64,000 nt of DNA from a virus. Lineage: Duplodnaviria > Caudoviricetes. Numbering within the stretch: position 1 is the first letter of the stretch; each line of letters begins with the position of its first letter. Both the position numbers and the translations under genes were made by a program. The notes beneath the pieces are model-generated. The model was not told the DNA's origin. It made no database searches and saw only the letters and a list, made by a program, of their open reading frames with translations. Shown here piece by piece: positions 1 through 9,167 of the stretch. The DNA is taken from positions 121,387 to 185,386 of the IMG/VR virus record IMGVR_UViG_3300030330_004160; one strand, written 5' to 3'.

Positions 1-426
1 GCTGCTGACAAAACAATCGCAGGGAGCGAAACCGGGGAGTTTTATCTACTCGGAGACGTAAAAGGAAACACGATCACCCTACCACCACCCGTTCAAGGAA
101 GGTATGTGTCTTTCAAGTTCATTGAAGAACTGAGAATCACTGCGGTGACTACGACACACTTTACCCTTCAGACCGCTACAGGGTCAGTTCATCTCAAAGG
201 TGCTTGTACTATGATTTCTGCTTCTCACAATCATGATGTGGGCTCTCCATATTCTCAAGGTTCGAAAAGTACCGCCAATGATTACAAATTTGTTATCGGT
301 GGAAATGGAAACCATGACCTTGCTCATGGAAGCACGATTGACTGTATCTCTGATGGTAGCCATTGGTACTTGGATTCTCACCTTGTAGTTACCAATCTCG
401 CCGTATCAGGTGCATTCGCACAATAA
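1..426 (+). CDS. Virion structural protein, 5'-truncated (decoration/fibre-like beta-rich domain)
   Basis: Frame is open from base 1 (AADKTIAGSETGEFYLLGDVKGNTITLPP...). The TITLP...SDGSHWY pattern is typical of phage decoration/fibre domains. It precedes the neck genes. Confidence 0.4.
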   Translation, partial: AADKTIAGSETGEFYLLGDVKGNTITLPPPVQGRYVSFKFIEELRITAVTTTHFTLQTATGSVHLKGACTMISASHNHDVGSPYSQGSKSTANDYKFVIGGNGNHDLAHGSTIDCISDGSHWYLDSHLVVTNLAVSGAFAQ

Positions 427-450
427 TATATTCAAACATATTTTGTTATT

Positions 451-478
451 AGCCCACATTTGTGGGCTTTTTGTTTTT
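451..478 (+). terminator. Rho-independent terminator
   Basis: AGCCCAC-ATTT-GTGGGCT followed by a T-tract. Confidence 0.75.
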
Positions 479-480
479 GA

Positions 481-488
481 ACTATTTA
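481..488 (+). promoter_or_regulatory. Putative late-promoter motif ACTATTTA
   Basis: Same or near-identical motif at 815, 3629, 6508, 9135, 35152, 37319, 37433 and 52296, each just upstream of a gene start. Confidence 0.55.
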
Positions 489-510
489 TATTATAAACCA
501 AAGGTGATAC

Positions 511-819
511 ATGGCAAGAAGAAGAAGAATGATCCGTCGGGCAAGAAGACAAGCAAGACTGGCTCAAATCGCAGCAGAGAAAAGTCAATCAACAGTTACC
601 GTTGCAGAGATTAAAGTAGAAGCAACCCCAGAACCTGTTGTAGAAACTAAAGTAGAAGCAACCCCAGAACCCGTTGTGGAAGAGAAAGTACAAACCGCTC
701 AGACAAAGCCCAAGGCTAAGACAACTAGAAAACCAAGAGCAACCAAAAAAAGTACAACTACCACTCGCAAGAAAAGAGCGACTAAGAAAGAAAAGTCTTT
801 AACTACCAAAGAAGACTAG
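511..819 (+). CDS. Small basic low-complexity protein (Arg-rich N-terminus, K/T/A-rich C-terminus)
   Basis: MARRRRMIRRARR...KPKAKTTRKPRATKK; SD-like AAGGTG upstream. Confidence 0.6.
   Translation: MARRRRMIRRARRQARLAQIAAEKSQSTVTVAEIKVEATPEPVVETKVEATPEPVVEEKVQTAQTKPKAKTTRKPRATKKSTTTTRKKRATKKEKSLTTKED
612..683 (+). repeat. Two tandem copies of a 36-bp unit encoding KVEATPEPVVE
   Basis: taaagtagaagcaaccccagaacctgttgtagaaac / taaagtagaagcaaccccagaacccgttgtggaaga. Confidence 0.9.
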
Positions 820-843
820 TTATAGTGATCGGAGATTTTATGT

Positions 844-2133
844 ATGGCTTTCCCCACACTTACACCCACTAGTCAAACTAGTGCAGTTATATTGCCTGCG
901 ACAGGCACTTATGACGATGTTGCATCAACATTGCCCGTCGGAGTATACTCAGAGTCAGAGGATTTTTTGTCTGGTGCCGCTGCACAAGTTAATTACACTT
1001 ATAGAAAACTTGGCGGGGATGTATTAGATATTGAACTTAAGGCAGAAAATGTTTATGCCAACTATGAAGAGGCAGTCTTAGAGTATTCTTATTTGTTAAA
1101 TATCCATCAGTCTAAAAATGCACTAGGATCAGCGCTTGGAAATACCACAGGGTCCTTCTCTCACACAGGACAGTTTTCTGGATCTCTTACAGAAGATGGT
1201 CAATTTGTATCTGGGAGTGCTTCTAACAAAAGCGCTAATGTCAAATTTCCTAAAATGAAGTTTGAAATGACCACCAGAGCAGCGGATTTTTACTCCAACC
1301 AAGCGTCTATTGGCGGCATTGAGCCCATATATTCTGCTTCCTTTGATAGTGTGAGGGATAAGCAAGATTATGATTTACAATCTATTGTTGAAACCGCTGC
1401 AACTGATGAGTCCTCTCCATTTTACAACAAGGTTGATAATAAAAGAATATTCATCAAGCAGGTCTTCTATAGAACACCGCAAGCAATGTGGAGATTCTAT
1501 GGATATTATGGAGGTTTGAACGTAGTAGGCGACTTATACACCTACGGACAGTACGCAGACGATAGCACCTTTCAAGTTGTGCCAACTTGGCAAAATAAGA
1601 TACAAGCAGTGATGTTTGAGGACCACTTGTACACTAGAACTTCACATTACTCTTACGAGGTTATCAACAATAAGTTAAGATTGTTTCCAATCCCAACCTC
1701 CGAGAGCCCAGATAAGTTTTGGATTAAGTTCTCAATCAAGTCTGATGCTTTTGAGGCTAACGATGACTTTGATGATGGCATCAACGGCGTTAACAACATG
1801 GGCAACTTACCCTTTGAAAACATTCCATATGTATCAATAAACTCCATAGGTAAGCAATGGATACGTAGATTCGCCTTGGCTTTGTCCAAGGAGACACTTG
1901 GCCAAATTAGAGGAAAATTCGGAGGAAACATCCCAATCCCAGGAGACTCGGTTACCCTAAACTCCTCAGATCTGCTTTCCCAAGCGAAAGATGAGCAAAA
2001 TGCCTTGAGAGATGAACTAAAAACCATATTAGACGAGATGACATATGATAAGGTTGCCGAAAGAGACGTTGCTTTGAACGACAGTGTGAACAAAGTACAA
2101 GAAAAGATTCCTCTTCCGGTATTCGTGGGGTAG
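844..2133 (+). CDS. Neck/head-completion protein (T4 gp13-like)
   Basis: YRKLGGDVLDIEL and WIRRFALALSKETLGQIRGKF...IPGDSVTLN resemble gp13-family motifs; lies upstream of gp14/gp15/sheath-like genes. Confidence 0.7.
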   Translation: MAFPTLTPTSQTSAVILPATGTYDDVASTLPVGVYSESEDFLSGAAAQVNYTYRKLGGDVLDIELKAENVYANYEEAVLEYSYLLNIHQSKNALGSALGNTTGSFSHTGQFSGSLTEDGQFVSGSASNKSANVKFPKMKFEMTTRAADFYSNQASIGGIEPIYSASFDSVRDKQDYDLQSIVETAATDESSPFYNKVDNKRIFIKQVFYRTPQAMWRFYGYYGGLNVVGDLYTYGQYADDSTFQVVPTWQNKIQAVMFEDHLYTRTSHYSYEVINNKLRLFPIPTSESPDKFWIKFSIKSDAFEANDDFDDGINGVNNMGNLPFENIPYVSINSIGKQWIRRFALALSKETLGQIRGKFGGNIPIPGDSVTLNSSDLLSQAKDEQNALRDELKTILDEMTYDKVAERDVALNDSVNKVQEKIPLPVFVG

Positions 2134-2137
2134 ATAA

Positions 2138-2629
2138 ATGGCTGACAATAGATGGAAAAAGCCCGGAACTCCTCCTCCTCCGTTGTTTTTTGGAGATAAA
2201 GAAAGAGATCTTGTAAAGCAAGTTAATGATGAAATAATCGAAAGGGTTATTGGTCAACAAGTTCTTTATTTTCCAATTGATATGGCCCATACAAACTTTC
2301 ACCCCCTATATGGTGAGGCAATAGAAAAAACTTTTTTGTCACCCATTAGAGTCTTTGCCTTAGTTGAGTTCGCAGGGACGGAAACAGACCACCTAGACAA
2401 TGTTGGTGTTGACCGGACGTATGGCGTCACGGTTCACTTTCATAACAGACGCCTAACTGAGGATCAAGATTTATACGTTCGTGAGGGTGACTTCATTAGA
2501 TATGGCGATACTTACTATGAGATAGTTAGTTGGCAGTTAAACAGACAGTTATTCGGCCAAATACAACATACATTTGAAATCACAGCCGAATGTATAAGAG
2601 CAAGGGACGGACTTTTCAATGGCTTATAG
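2138..2629 (+). CDS. Neck protein (T4 gp14-like head closure)
   Basis: GQQVLYFPI...HPLYGE...VREGDFI pattern; synteny. Confidence 0.65.
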   Translation: MADNRWKKPGTPPPPLFFGDKERDLVKQVNDEIIERVIGQQVLYFPIDMAHTNFHPLYGEAIEKTFLSPIRVFALVEFAGTETDHLDNVGVDRTYGVTVHFHNRRLTEDQDLYVREGDFIRYGDTYYEIVSWQLNRQLFGQIQHTFEITAECIRARDGLFNGL

Positions 2630-3605
2630 ATCAATAGGACCACCAGGTCCTCCCCCCGGAGCACCACCAGTTGGCAGCGACAGCCCAAGCACAAGCAATA
2701 CAAGCGGAAAAGATAGCAAATCAGCGGACTGCAATGATGCTTCAAAAGATGCCTGTGGTGGTGCTAGTTTAATGCACCCGTCAACCTTGGAAACCATCGA
2801 CACAGGTTTTTACAGTTTTATTGATGAAAAGTTTGACATCTCAACTGAAACTAACGACGGATGGAAAAAGGTTCCGGTTATTTGGGTGGGTGCTGAAAGA
2901 GCATTTCAAATCAAGAACGACTGGAGAATCAGAACTTCTGACGGTCAGGTAATATTGCCTGTTGTAACGATAGAGAGGACCTCAGTCACTAAAGACCCAA
3001 CCTTTAAGGGTGGCGTCCAAGCAAATGTTTTAAATAATATCTTAGAACCTAGGGGCTATCGTGGTGGTGGGTTGCCTATTTCACAAAGAATAAATCAAGA
3101 GCGAACTAGAAATTTTGCAAATGCCGATCAAAAAAGAAGATTCGGCGCAAATGATAATATTGACAAGAAATTTGAAAAACAAAACAAAAAGATTGTATAT
3201 GAAACAGTTTATATGCCGGTGCCTACATATATAAACATAATATATTCCATAACGCTGAGGTCAGAATACCAACAGCAACTAAATACTATGCTAACACCAT
3301 TTATCACAAGGACAGGACAGATCAATTCCTTCTCCTTTACACAAGATGGCCATAGATTTGAAGCCTTCATTCAACAAGACTTCTCACAAAACAACAACCT
3401 CTCCAATCTTGGCTCAGATGAGAGAATGTTTATGTCTAAAGTAGACATCAAGGTACTTGGATACTTGATTGGCGATGGGAAGAACAACGCAGAGCCGCAA
3501 ACAACAGTTCAAGAAACTGTTGTTGAAATTAAGACTATTAGAGAGAGAACTATTTTCGGTGATGAAAAACCATGGAGAACCGATAATAAGAAATATAGAG
3601 AGTAG
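2619..3605 (+). CDS. Tail terminator/sheath stabiliser (T4 gp15-like)
   Basis: KVPVIWVGAER, LPVVTIER and PVPTYINIIYSI motifs; immediately precedes the sheath. Confidence 0.65.
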   Translation: MAYRSIGPPGPPPGAPPVGSDSPSTSNTSGKDSKSADCNDASKDACGGASLMHPSTLETIDTGFYSFIDEKFDISTETNDGWKKVPVIWVGAERAFQIKNDWRIRTSDGQVILPVVTIERTSVTKDPTFKGGVQANVLNNILEPRGYRGGGLPISQRINQERTRNFANADQKRRFGANDNIDKKFEKQNKKIVYETVYMPVPTYINIIYSITLRSEYQQQLNTMLTPFITRTGQINSFSFTQDGHRFEAFIQQDFSQNNNLSNLGSDERMFMSKVDIKVLGYLIGDGKNNAEPQTTVQETVVEIKTIRERTIFGDEKPWRTDNKKYRE

Positions 3606-3628
3606 ATAGTGTTTTAGTACATTTTCAT

Positions 3629-3636
3629 ACTATTTA
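3629..3636 (+). promoter_or_regulatory. Putative late-promoter motif upstream of the sheath gene
   Basis: ACTATTTA followed by SD AAGGAG and ATG at 3673. Confidence 0.55.
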
Positions 3637-3672
3637 TTACGAGAAATAACATATTTAAGGAGAGTTGCTTTA

Positions 3673-6504
3673 ATGCCTACGAAATTTGATTTTATATCCC
3701 CCGGAGTCCTTCTCCGTGAAATTGACCAGTCTACATTGCCACCAGCAGTAGAAGAAGAGGGCCCGATTATCATCGGTAGAACCCGAAAAGGTCCAGCAAT
3801 GAAGCCTATCAAGGTTAGAAGTTTAGACGATTTTATTGCTACGTTTGGGCGCCCAGTGCCAGGAGGCGCCACCAACCTCGGAGACGTTTGGAGAGACGGA
3901 AATACCGTTGGTCCAACTTATGCCTCATATGCAGCACAATCTTGGCTTGCTTCTGGCAATTCACCAGTCACAATGGTTAGGCTGTTGGGAGAAGAACTTG
4001 TCGCTGGTACGGCTGGATGGAAAACATCTGGTAGTGCCAACTCTGTTCTGGCTCAAAACGGTGGTGCTTACGGGCTGTTTTTGATTAACTCCGGTACCGC
4101 TGGTACTGAAATGACCGGTACATTGGGTGCTGTCTTTTATATAGATAGTGGCGAACTTAAGTTGAATGGTAATGACATGCACGGCCATCCCTTCGAAGGA
4201 TCAGCCGGGTTTGTAAAAAGTAGCAACACCAACGAGTTTAGAATCGACATCGAAAATGCTTCTGGTAATAATGTAGACAAAATAGTTTTCAACTTCAACA
4301 GAAATGATGAAAAATACATCAGAAACGTTTTTAATACTAACCCAATGCTTGTTAACAGCGCAATGAACGCTTCGCCAAAAACATACTGGCTTGGAGAGTC
4401 TTACGAAAGATCAGTTTCTTCTAAGGTTTCCTCAACAGGCGCAGGGAATCAGTATGCTATCTTGCTTCCACTGGAAAGTGGTTCTGCTAACTGGGGTCAC
4501 AACAAGCAGGGAATGAAATGCGCCTACAGTGGTTGGACTTTCTCTCAAGACTTTGGTGATGCTGGGAGTTATCAGCCTGAAGATTGTCAGCGTCTTTTCC
4601 GAGCAATCGCTCTCCACGAAGGAGAAGAGATTCAAAAAGAAGTCGTTATTGCGATTGAAAATCTTAAACTTCCAAGCAACCCGTCTGTGGATAACTTTAG
4701 TACCTTCACTCTCAAAGTGCTAGACTTTAACTCAGGGCTGATGCTTGAAGAATACAGCAATCTGAATATGAACCCTGCATCTCCAGATTATATTTTGGCA
4801 AGAATTGGAGATATGTATCAAGAGTGGGACAACACTAACAGAAGATATAAAATGTATGGAGACTTCCCAAATGTTTCCGATTACATCAGAATTGAAGTCA
4901 ATAGCGCCATTAGCGAAGAAGGCCCAGATAACAAGCAGGCTCTGCCGTTTGGATTCTACGGACCACCGAAGCCAAGAGGCTTTATGCTCGCGTCTGGTTC
5001 TCAAGCCGCAAGATTTGAAGCGGGTTCACCTGATGATCCTCACGTATGGGTTGAGGGAATTGGAAGCACTCCCACTACCCCTGGTGATGGTTCCGATAAC
5101 TTCATCACCGGAACAATGACCGCATATTCCGCAGCATTTGAATGGCCAACGATTCCTTTGAGGACGAATGGTAGTGATGGATATTCCAACAATCCTTACA
5201 AGGTTTACTGGGGGATTCGACCCACTATTGATGCTAACTCAACCTTAAAAGACCCTGATTATGTTGACTATATTAGAAGATGGAATGCTCCAAACTACAG
5301 TTACACCACAGGTCTTGCCACAGAATACAGTTTTGTTTTCTCTTTGGATGACATTATTGTTGATAGTTCTGCTGGCACCGTTACCTATACCTCTGGTTCT
5401 AGAAAAGCCGGAACTTCACAAACTGCTCTCAAGGGAGTTACCAATAGTTCCACTAACGATGGACTTATCGATCTCAACGTCAAGCAGTTTGTTATGCCAC
5501 TGTTCGGTGGATTTGAAGGGCTTGACATCACAGAGAAAGAGCCTTTCCGCAATGCAATAGTTGCTGACGGAACTGAGTCAACAAACTATCTTCTTTACAC
5601 CGTTAATAAAGCGATTGACAGTGTGGCAGACCCAGAGGTCGCACCAGCCAACCTGATGTTGATTCCTGGTATTCACCAAGCAGCAATCACAAACCGCTTG
5701 ATCAATACTTGTGAGAGAAGAAAAGACTGCTTGGCCATTATTGACCTCCAAGGCGACTACGTCCCAGCAGTTGAATCAACTGACACAGCGGCTACTCGCA
5801 GAGGTTCTGTGCAGACGGCAGTATCTACTCTTAGGGGAAGAAACTTGAACACAAGTTATGCTTGTTGTTTCTATCCATGGGTTCAGATTACCGACAATCT
5901 CAATGCTAGCGAAAGAGTTTGGATTCCTTCCTCCGTCGCAGGACTTGGGGCAATGGCTCAGTCAGAAGCAAAGAGTGAAGTTTGGTTTGCACCGGCTGGG
6001 TTTAACCGAGGAGGTCTTGGAAACCTCGGTGGCGCTCGTGGCCCAAGAGTTGTACAAGCAAGACAAAGACTTGATTCAAGCGAAAGAGATGATCTTTATG
6101 AAATAAACATCAATCCAATCGCAACCTTCCCGAATGAAGGGGTTGTTATCTTCGGACAGAAGACACTTCAAGTTACCCCATCTGCTTTAGACAGAATCAA
6201 TGTGCGTCGTCTGCTGCTGTTCCTCAAGAGCAAGGTTAACGTTATTTCTAGAAATCTTCTGTTCGACCAGAACGTTTCTTCCACATGGGCAAGATTCACC
6301 TCACAGGTTGAACCCCTTCTCTCAGATGTTCAAGCAAGGTTTGGTATCACGGAGTACAAACTGGTTCTTGACGAAACCACTACAACGCCTGATTTGATCG
6401 ACAGAAACATTATGTATGCTAAGATTTTCCTTAAGCCTGCACGAGCGATTGAGTACATTGTTGTTGACTTTATCATTACAAGATCTGGTGCGGATTTCGC
6501 CTAG
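3673..6504 (+). CDS. Contractile tail sheath protein
   Basis: N-terminal SPGVLLREIDQS; C-terminal WFAPAGFNRG, INPIATFP, FGQKTL, LDRINVRRLL and KPARAIEYI. Confidence 0.95.
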   Translation: MPTKFDFISPGVLLREIDQSTLPPAVEEEGPIIIGRTRKGPAMKPIKVRSLDDFIATFGRPVPGGATNLGDVWRDGNTVGPTYASYAAQSWLASGNSPVTMVRLLGEELVAGTAGWKTSGSANSVLAQNGGAYGLFLINSGTAGTEMTGTLGAVFYIDSGELKLNGNDMHGHPFEGSAGFVKSSNTNEFRIDIENASGNNVDKIVFNFNRNDEKYIRNVFNTNPMLVNSAMNASPKTYWLGESYERSVSSKVSSTGAGNQYAILLPLESGSANWGHNKQGMKCAYSGWTFSQDFGDAGSYQPEDCQRLFRAIALHEGEEIQKEVVIAIENLKLPSNPSVDNFSTFTLKVLDFNSGLMLEEYSNLNMNPASPDYILARIGDMYQEWDNTNRRYKMYGDFPNVSDYIRIEVNSAISEEGPDNKQALPFGFYGPPKPRGFMLASGSQAARFEAGSPDDPHVWVEGIGSTPTTPGDGSDNFITGTMTAYSAAFEWPTIPLRTNGSDGYSNNPYKVYWGIRPTIDANSTLKDPDYVDYIRRWNAPNYSYTTGLATEYSFVFSLDDIIVDSSAGTVTYTSGSRKAGTSQTALKGVTNSSTNDGLIDLNVKQFVMPLFGGFEGLDITEKEPFRNAIVADGTESTNYLLYTVNKAIDSVADPEVAPANLMLIPGIHQAAITNRLINTCERRKDCLAIIDLQGDYVPAVESTDTAATRRGSVQTAVSTLRGRNLNTSYACCFYPWVQITDNLNASERVWIPSSVAGLGAMAQSEAKSEVWFAPAGFNRGGLGNLGGARGPRVVQARQRLDSSERDDLYEININPIATFPNEGVVIFGQKTLQVTPSALDRINVRRLLLFLKSKVNVISRNLLFDQNVSSTWARFTSQVEPLLSDVQARFGITEYKLVLDETTTTPDLIDRNIMYAKIFLKPARAIEYIVVDFIITRSGADFA

Positions 6505-6539
6505 GCAACTATATATTATTAAAAAGGAGAATTTTATAA

Positions 6540-7103
6540 ATGGCATTTTGGACTACAGAAGCGCAGATGAGCACCAAGGATCCTAAAAGAGGATTTCGTT
6601 TTAGAGTGCAATTTGACGGGTTGGTTGTTGGACCTATCGTATGGTTTGCAAAGAAAGTAACTAAGCCCAACTTTACGATTACGGAATCTAAGCATTCTTT
6701 CCTTAATCACAACTTTTACTACCCTGGTAGAGTAGAATGGCAGGAGATTTCTCTTACTTTGGTTGACCCTGTTTCAGTTGACGCTGTTAGAAACACCAAC
6801 GACATGATTCAAAAAGCCGGCTATAGAGTACCAAATACTCCCCAAGACTATGAAACAATGTCCAAAGGTAAAGCAAAGTCAGCCATGGGCCCAGTTGAGA
6901 TTGTACAACTAGATTCTGATGGCAATGCTTTGGAAACTTGGAAACTTAAGAACTCCTTTATTAAGTCTGTTAAATATGGAGAACTTTCGTATGAAGATGA
7001 TAACCTTACCGAGATTGAACTTGGCCTGCGTTATGACTGGGCTGTTTGTGTCACCAACAACGGTGTTAACGCCTCAGAATCCTTCTTCGATACGCAAGCA
7101 TAG
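6540..7103 (+). CDS. Tail tube protein (T4 gp19-like)
   Basis: YYPGRVEWQEISLT, LETWKL, YGELSYE and LRYDWA motifs; follows the sheath. Confidence 0.85.
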   Translation: MAFWTTEAQMSTKDPKRGFRFRVQFDGLVVGPIVWFAKKVTKPNFTITESKHSFLNHNFYYPGRVEWQEISLTLVDPVSVDAVRNTNDMIQKAGYRVPNTPQDYETMSKGKAKSAMGPVEIVQLDSDGNALETWKLKNSFIKSVKYGELSYEDDNLTEIELGLRYDWAVCVTNNGVNASESFFDTQA

Positions 7104-7109
7104 TGAATA

Positions 7110-8057
7110 ATGCCTTGGTGGGATAGTACTGTAAATCAGCCAAAGACAAAGTCACGTTTTATCGTGTTCTTTGGCGATTTCTTTCTACCAAATATTAAAA
7201 GCGTTACCAAACCAACAGTACAGTTTGAGACGAAAAGTTACAAGTTGATGAATCATCACTATAACTACCCAGGCACAGTGAAGTGGGATCCGATACAGAT
7301 CAAGATGGTTTGTATGAATCCTTTCGATGTTAGAGATAGCGATGGAGATATTCGCAAAAAAGGTCTAGATACAGCGGATATGTTGTGGGAAATGATCAAG
7401 AATACTGGCTATTACTATCCCGACACAAAAGAGCACAGCCTTTCCAGAACTGGTAGAGAAAGGACTACAATTTCAACACCAGAAAAAGCATCATCTATTG
7501 CTAATGGCTTCGGCGCTGGTCTGTATGGCGGAACAGGATATCAACCAGGCGGTGCACCATCAAATACTTTTCAAAGAGTCAAGATTATACAAATGTCTAC
7601 TGGAACCAACCTTTTTGATATTGAAGGCGCTGTTCCCTTCAAACCAAACAGAAAAACTCCAATAAATCCAGTTGAGCAATGGGAGTTGATAAACCCCCTG
7701 ATAAAGTCGATTAACTTTGGCGATTTGTCGTATGATGATGATGGTTTCGTTGAATATACGATTGACATAGTGTATGATTATGCCAAATACAACAAAGATG
7801 ATCTAGAGGGAGCGATACCTGTTGCTTTTTACGAAGAGTGGCAGTCCTTCTCTTCTGGTCAAGCGCAAGCACTCCAAGAGCAAGCCCAAGCGTTAGCAGG
7901 AACAGCCGCTGTGGCAGAAGATATCGAATCCGCTCCGACCACCCAGCGCAGAGCAGCCCAAAGCGAAGTTGACGCACTGACTGATGATATCTTCGGCGAT
8001 ACATCTGATATTTTAGGCAGTGGTCCTCCCACAGATTTAAACATTCAATATCCTTAA
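7110..8057 (+). CDS. Second tube-fold protein (tube paralogue/baseplate tube initiator)
   Basis: YNYPGTVKWDPI, EQWELINP, FGDLSYD and IVYDYA parallel the tube motifs; acidic C-terminal extension. Confidence 0.7.
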   Translation: MPWWDSTVNQPKTKSRFIVFFGDFFLPNIKSVTKPTVQFETKSYKLMNHHYNYPGTVKWDPIQIKMVCMNPFDVRDSDGDIRKKGLDTADMLWEMIKNTGYYYPDTKEHSLSRTGRERTTISTPEKASSIANGFGAGLYGGTGYQPGGAPSNTFQRVKIIQMSTGTNLFDIEGAVPFKPNRKTPINPVEQWELINPLIKSINFGDLSYDDDGFVEYTIDIVYDYAKYNKDDLEGAIPVAFYEEWQSFSSGQAQALQEQAQALAGTAAVAEDIESAPTTQRRAAQSEVDALTDDIFGDTSDILGSGPPTDLNIQYP

Positions 8058-8083
8058 ATAAACTTTTTTTCATAGAGGTGTAA

Positions 8084-8920
8084 ATGAGAAACAATGAACT
8101 CCGCTCCGGTGCTAGGCCAAGCACTGAAAGCGATGGACCTAAGATGCCAAATCCAATGGATTTCATCACACCAACACAGTTCGTAGATCTGCCCTCAGAA
8201 GGCAGACTCTATCCTGTGGGCCACCCACTACACAATCAAGAAACGATTGAGATTCGCTTCATGACAGCAAAAGACGAAGATATTCTGACTTCAAGATCTC
8301 TTTTAAAGAAGGGTATCGCAATTGATCGTCTGATCGCTAATCTTGTTGTTGATGAAAATATCAACCCATCGTCTTTGCTAGTCGGAGACAGATACGCAAT
8401 ACTTGTTGCCGCTAGAGCATCAGCATATGGACATTTTTATGAAACAACAGTTAACTGTCCAGCCTGCAATGAGTCATCCGATTACACTTTTAACCTTTTA
8501 GAACCGAAAGTCTATAATGGTGATGATTATGAAGATTACAGTATCACAAAAAATGATATTGGCAATTATGTAGTTACATTGCCATACACTAAATTACTAG
8601 TTGAAGTAAGAATGTTGACCGGGCATGATGAGGTCAATATGATAAAAAAAATACAAAAAATAAATAAAAACAAAACCGATATTTCTATCTCTGACCAAAT
8701 GACATCATATGTCGTTGCGGTCAATGGTTACAAAGAAGCCAATGTTATTAATCATGTTATTAAAAACATTACAGCAACCGAGTCTCGTTACCTTAGAAAT
8801 GCCTACAAAAGCGTTACACCCGACCTTAAGGTTAGTGGTGACTTTGAGTGCCCGTCCTGTGGCCATGAACAGGACTTGGAGGTGCCCTTCGGGGCGGACT
8901 TTTTTTGGCCTGACCGATGA
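8084..8920 (+). CDS. Tail assembly chaperone/baseplate hub assembly protein (T4 gp26-like)
   Basis: VDLPSEG, MTAKDEDIL, two CxxC motifs (CPAC, CPSC), C-terminal DFFWP. Confidence 0.75.
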   Translation: MRNNELRSGARPSTESDGPKMPNPMDFITPTQFVDLPSEGRLYPVGHPLHNQETIEIRFMTAKDEDILTSRSLLKKGIAIDRLIANLVVDENINPSSLLVGDRYAILVAARASAYGHFYETTVNCPACNESSDYTFNLLEPKVYNGDDYEDYSITKNDIGNYVVTLPYTKLLVEVRMLTGHDEVNMIKKIQKINKNKTDISISDQMTSYVVAVNGYKEANVINHVIKNITATESRYLRNAYKSVTPDLKVSGDFECPSCGHEQDLEVPFGADFFWPDR

Positions 8921-8924
8921 TTAC

Positions 8925-9095
8925 ATGGAATATGTTTATGAGCAGTTCTTTCTGTTAAAGCACCATGGTGGTTGGTCTATTTTTGAACTTTACAACCTTC
9001 CTATAGGGCTACGCAAGTGGTTTCTTAATCGAATGATTAAAGAATTTGAGAAAGAGAAGGAAAAAGTTGAAGAGGCCAAAAACAACAGGAGATAG
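8925..9095 (+). CDS. Small tail-chaperone C-terminal ORF (T4 gp51-like/GT-type extension)
   Basis: EQFFLLKHHGGWSIFELYNLPIGLRKWF; lies between chaperone and tape measure; frame is open back through the T7 run at 8900-8906. Confidence 0.65.
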   Translation: MEYVYEQFFLLKHHGGWSIFELYNLPIGLRKWFLNRMIKEFEKEKEKVEEAKNNRR

Positions 9096-9098
9096 GTG

Positions 9099-9130
9099 AT
9101 GCCCAAGGGAAACCTTGGGCATTTTTATTT
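9099..9130 (+). terminator. Rho-independent terminator
   Basis: ATGCCCAAGG-GAAA-CCTTGGGCAT followed by a T-tract. Confidence 0.8.
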
Positions 9131-9167
9131 ATAAACTATTTATTTCAAGAAAGCATGAGGGCTAGAT

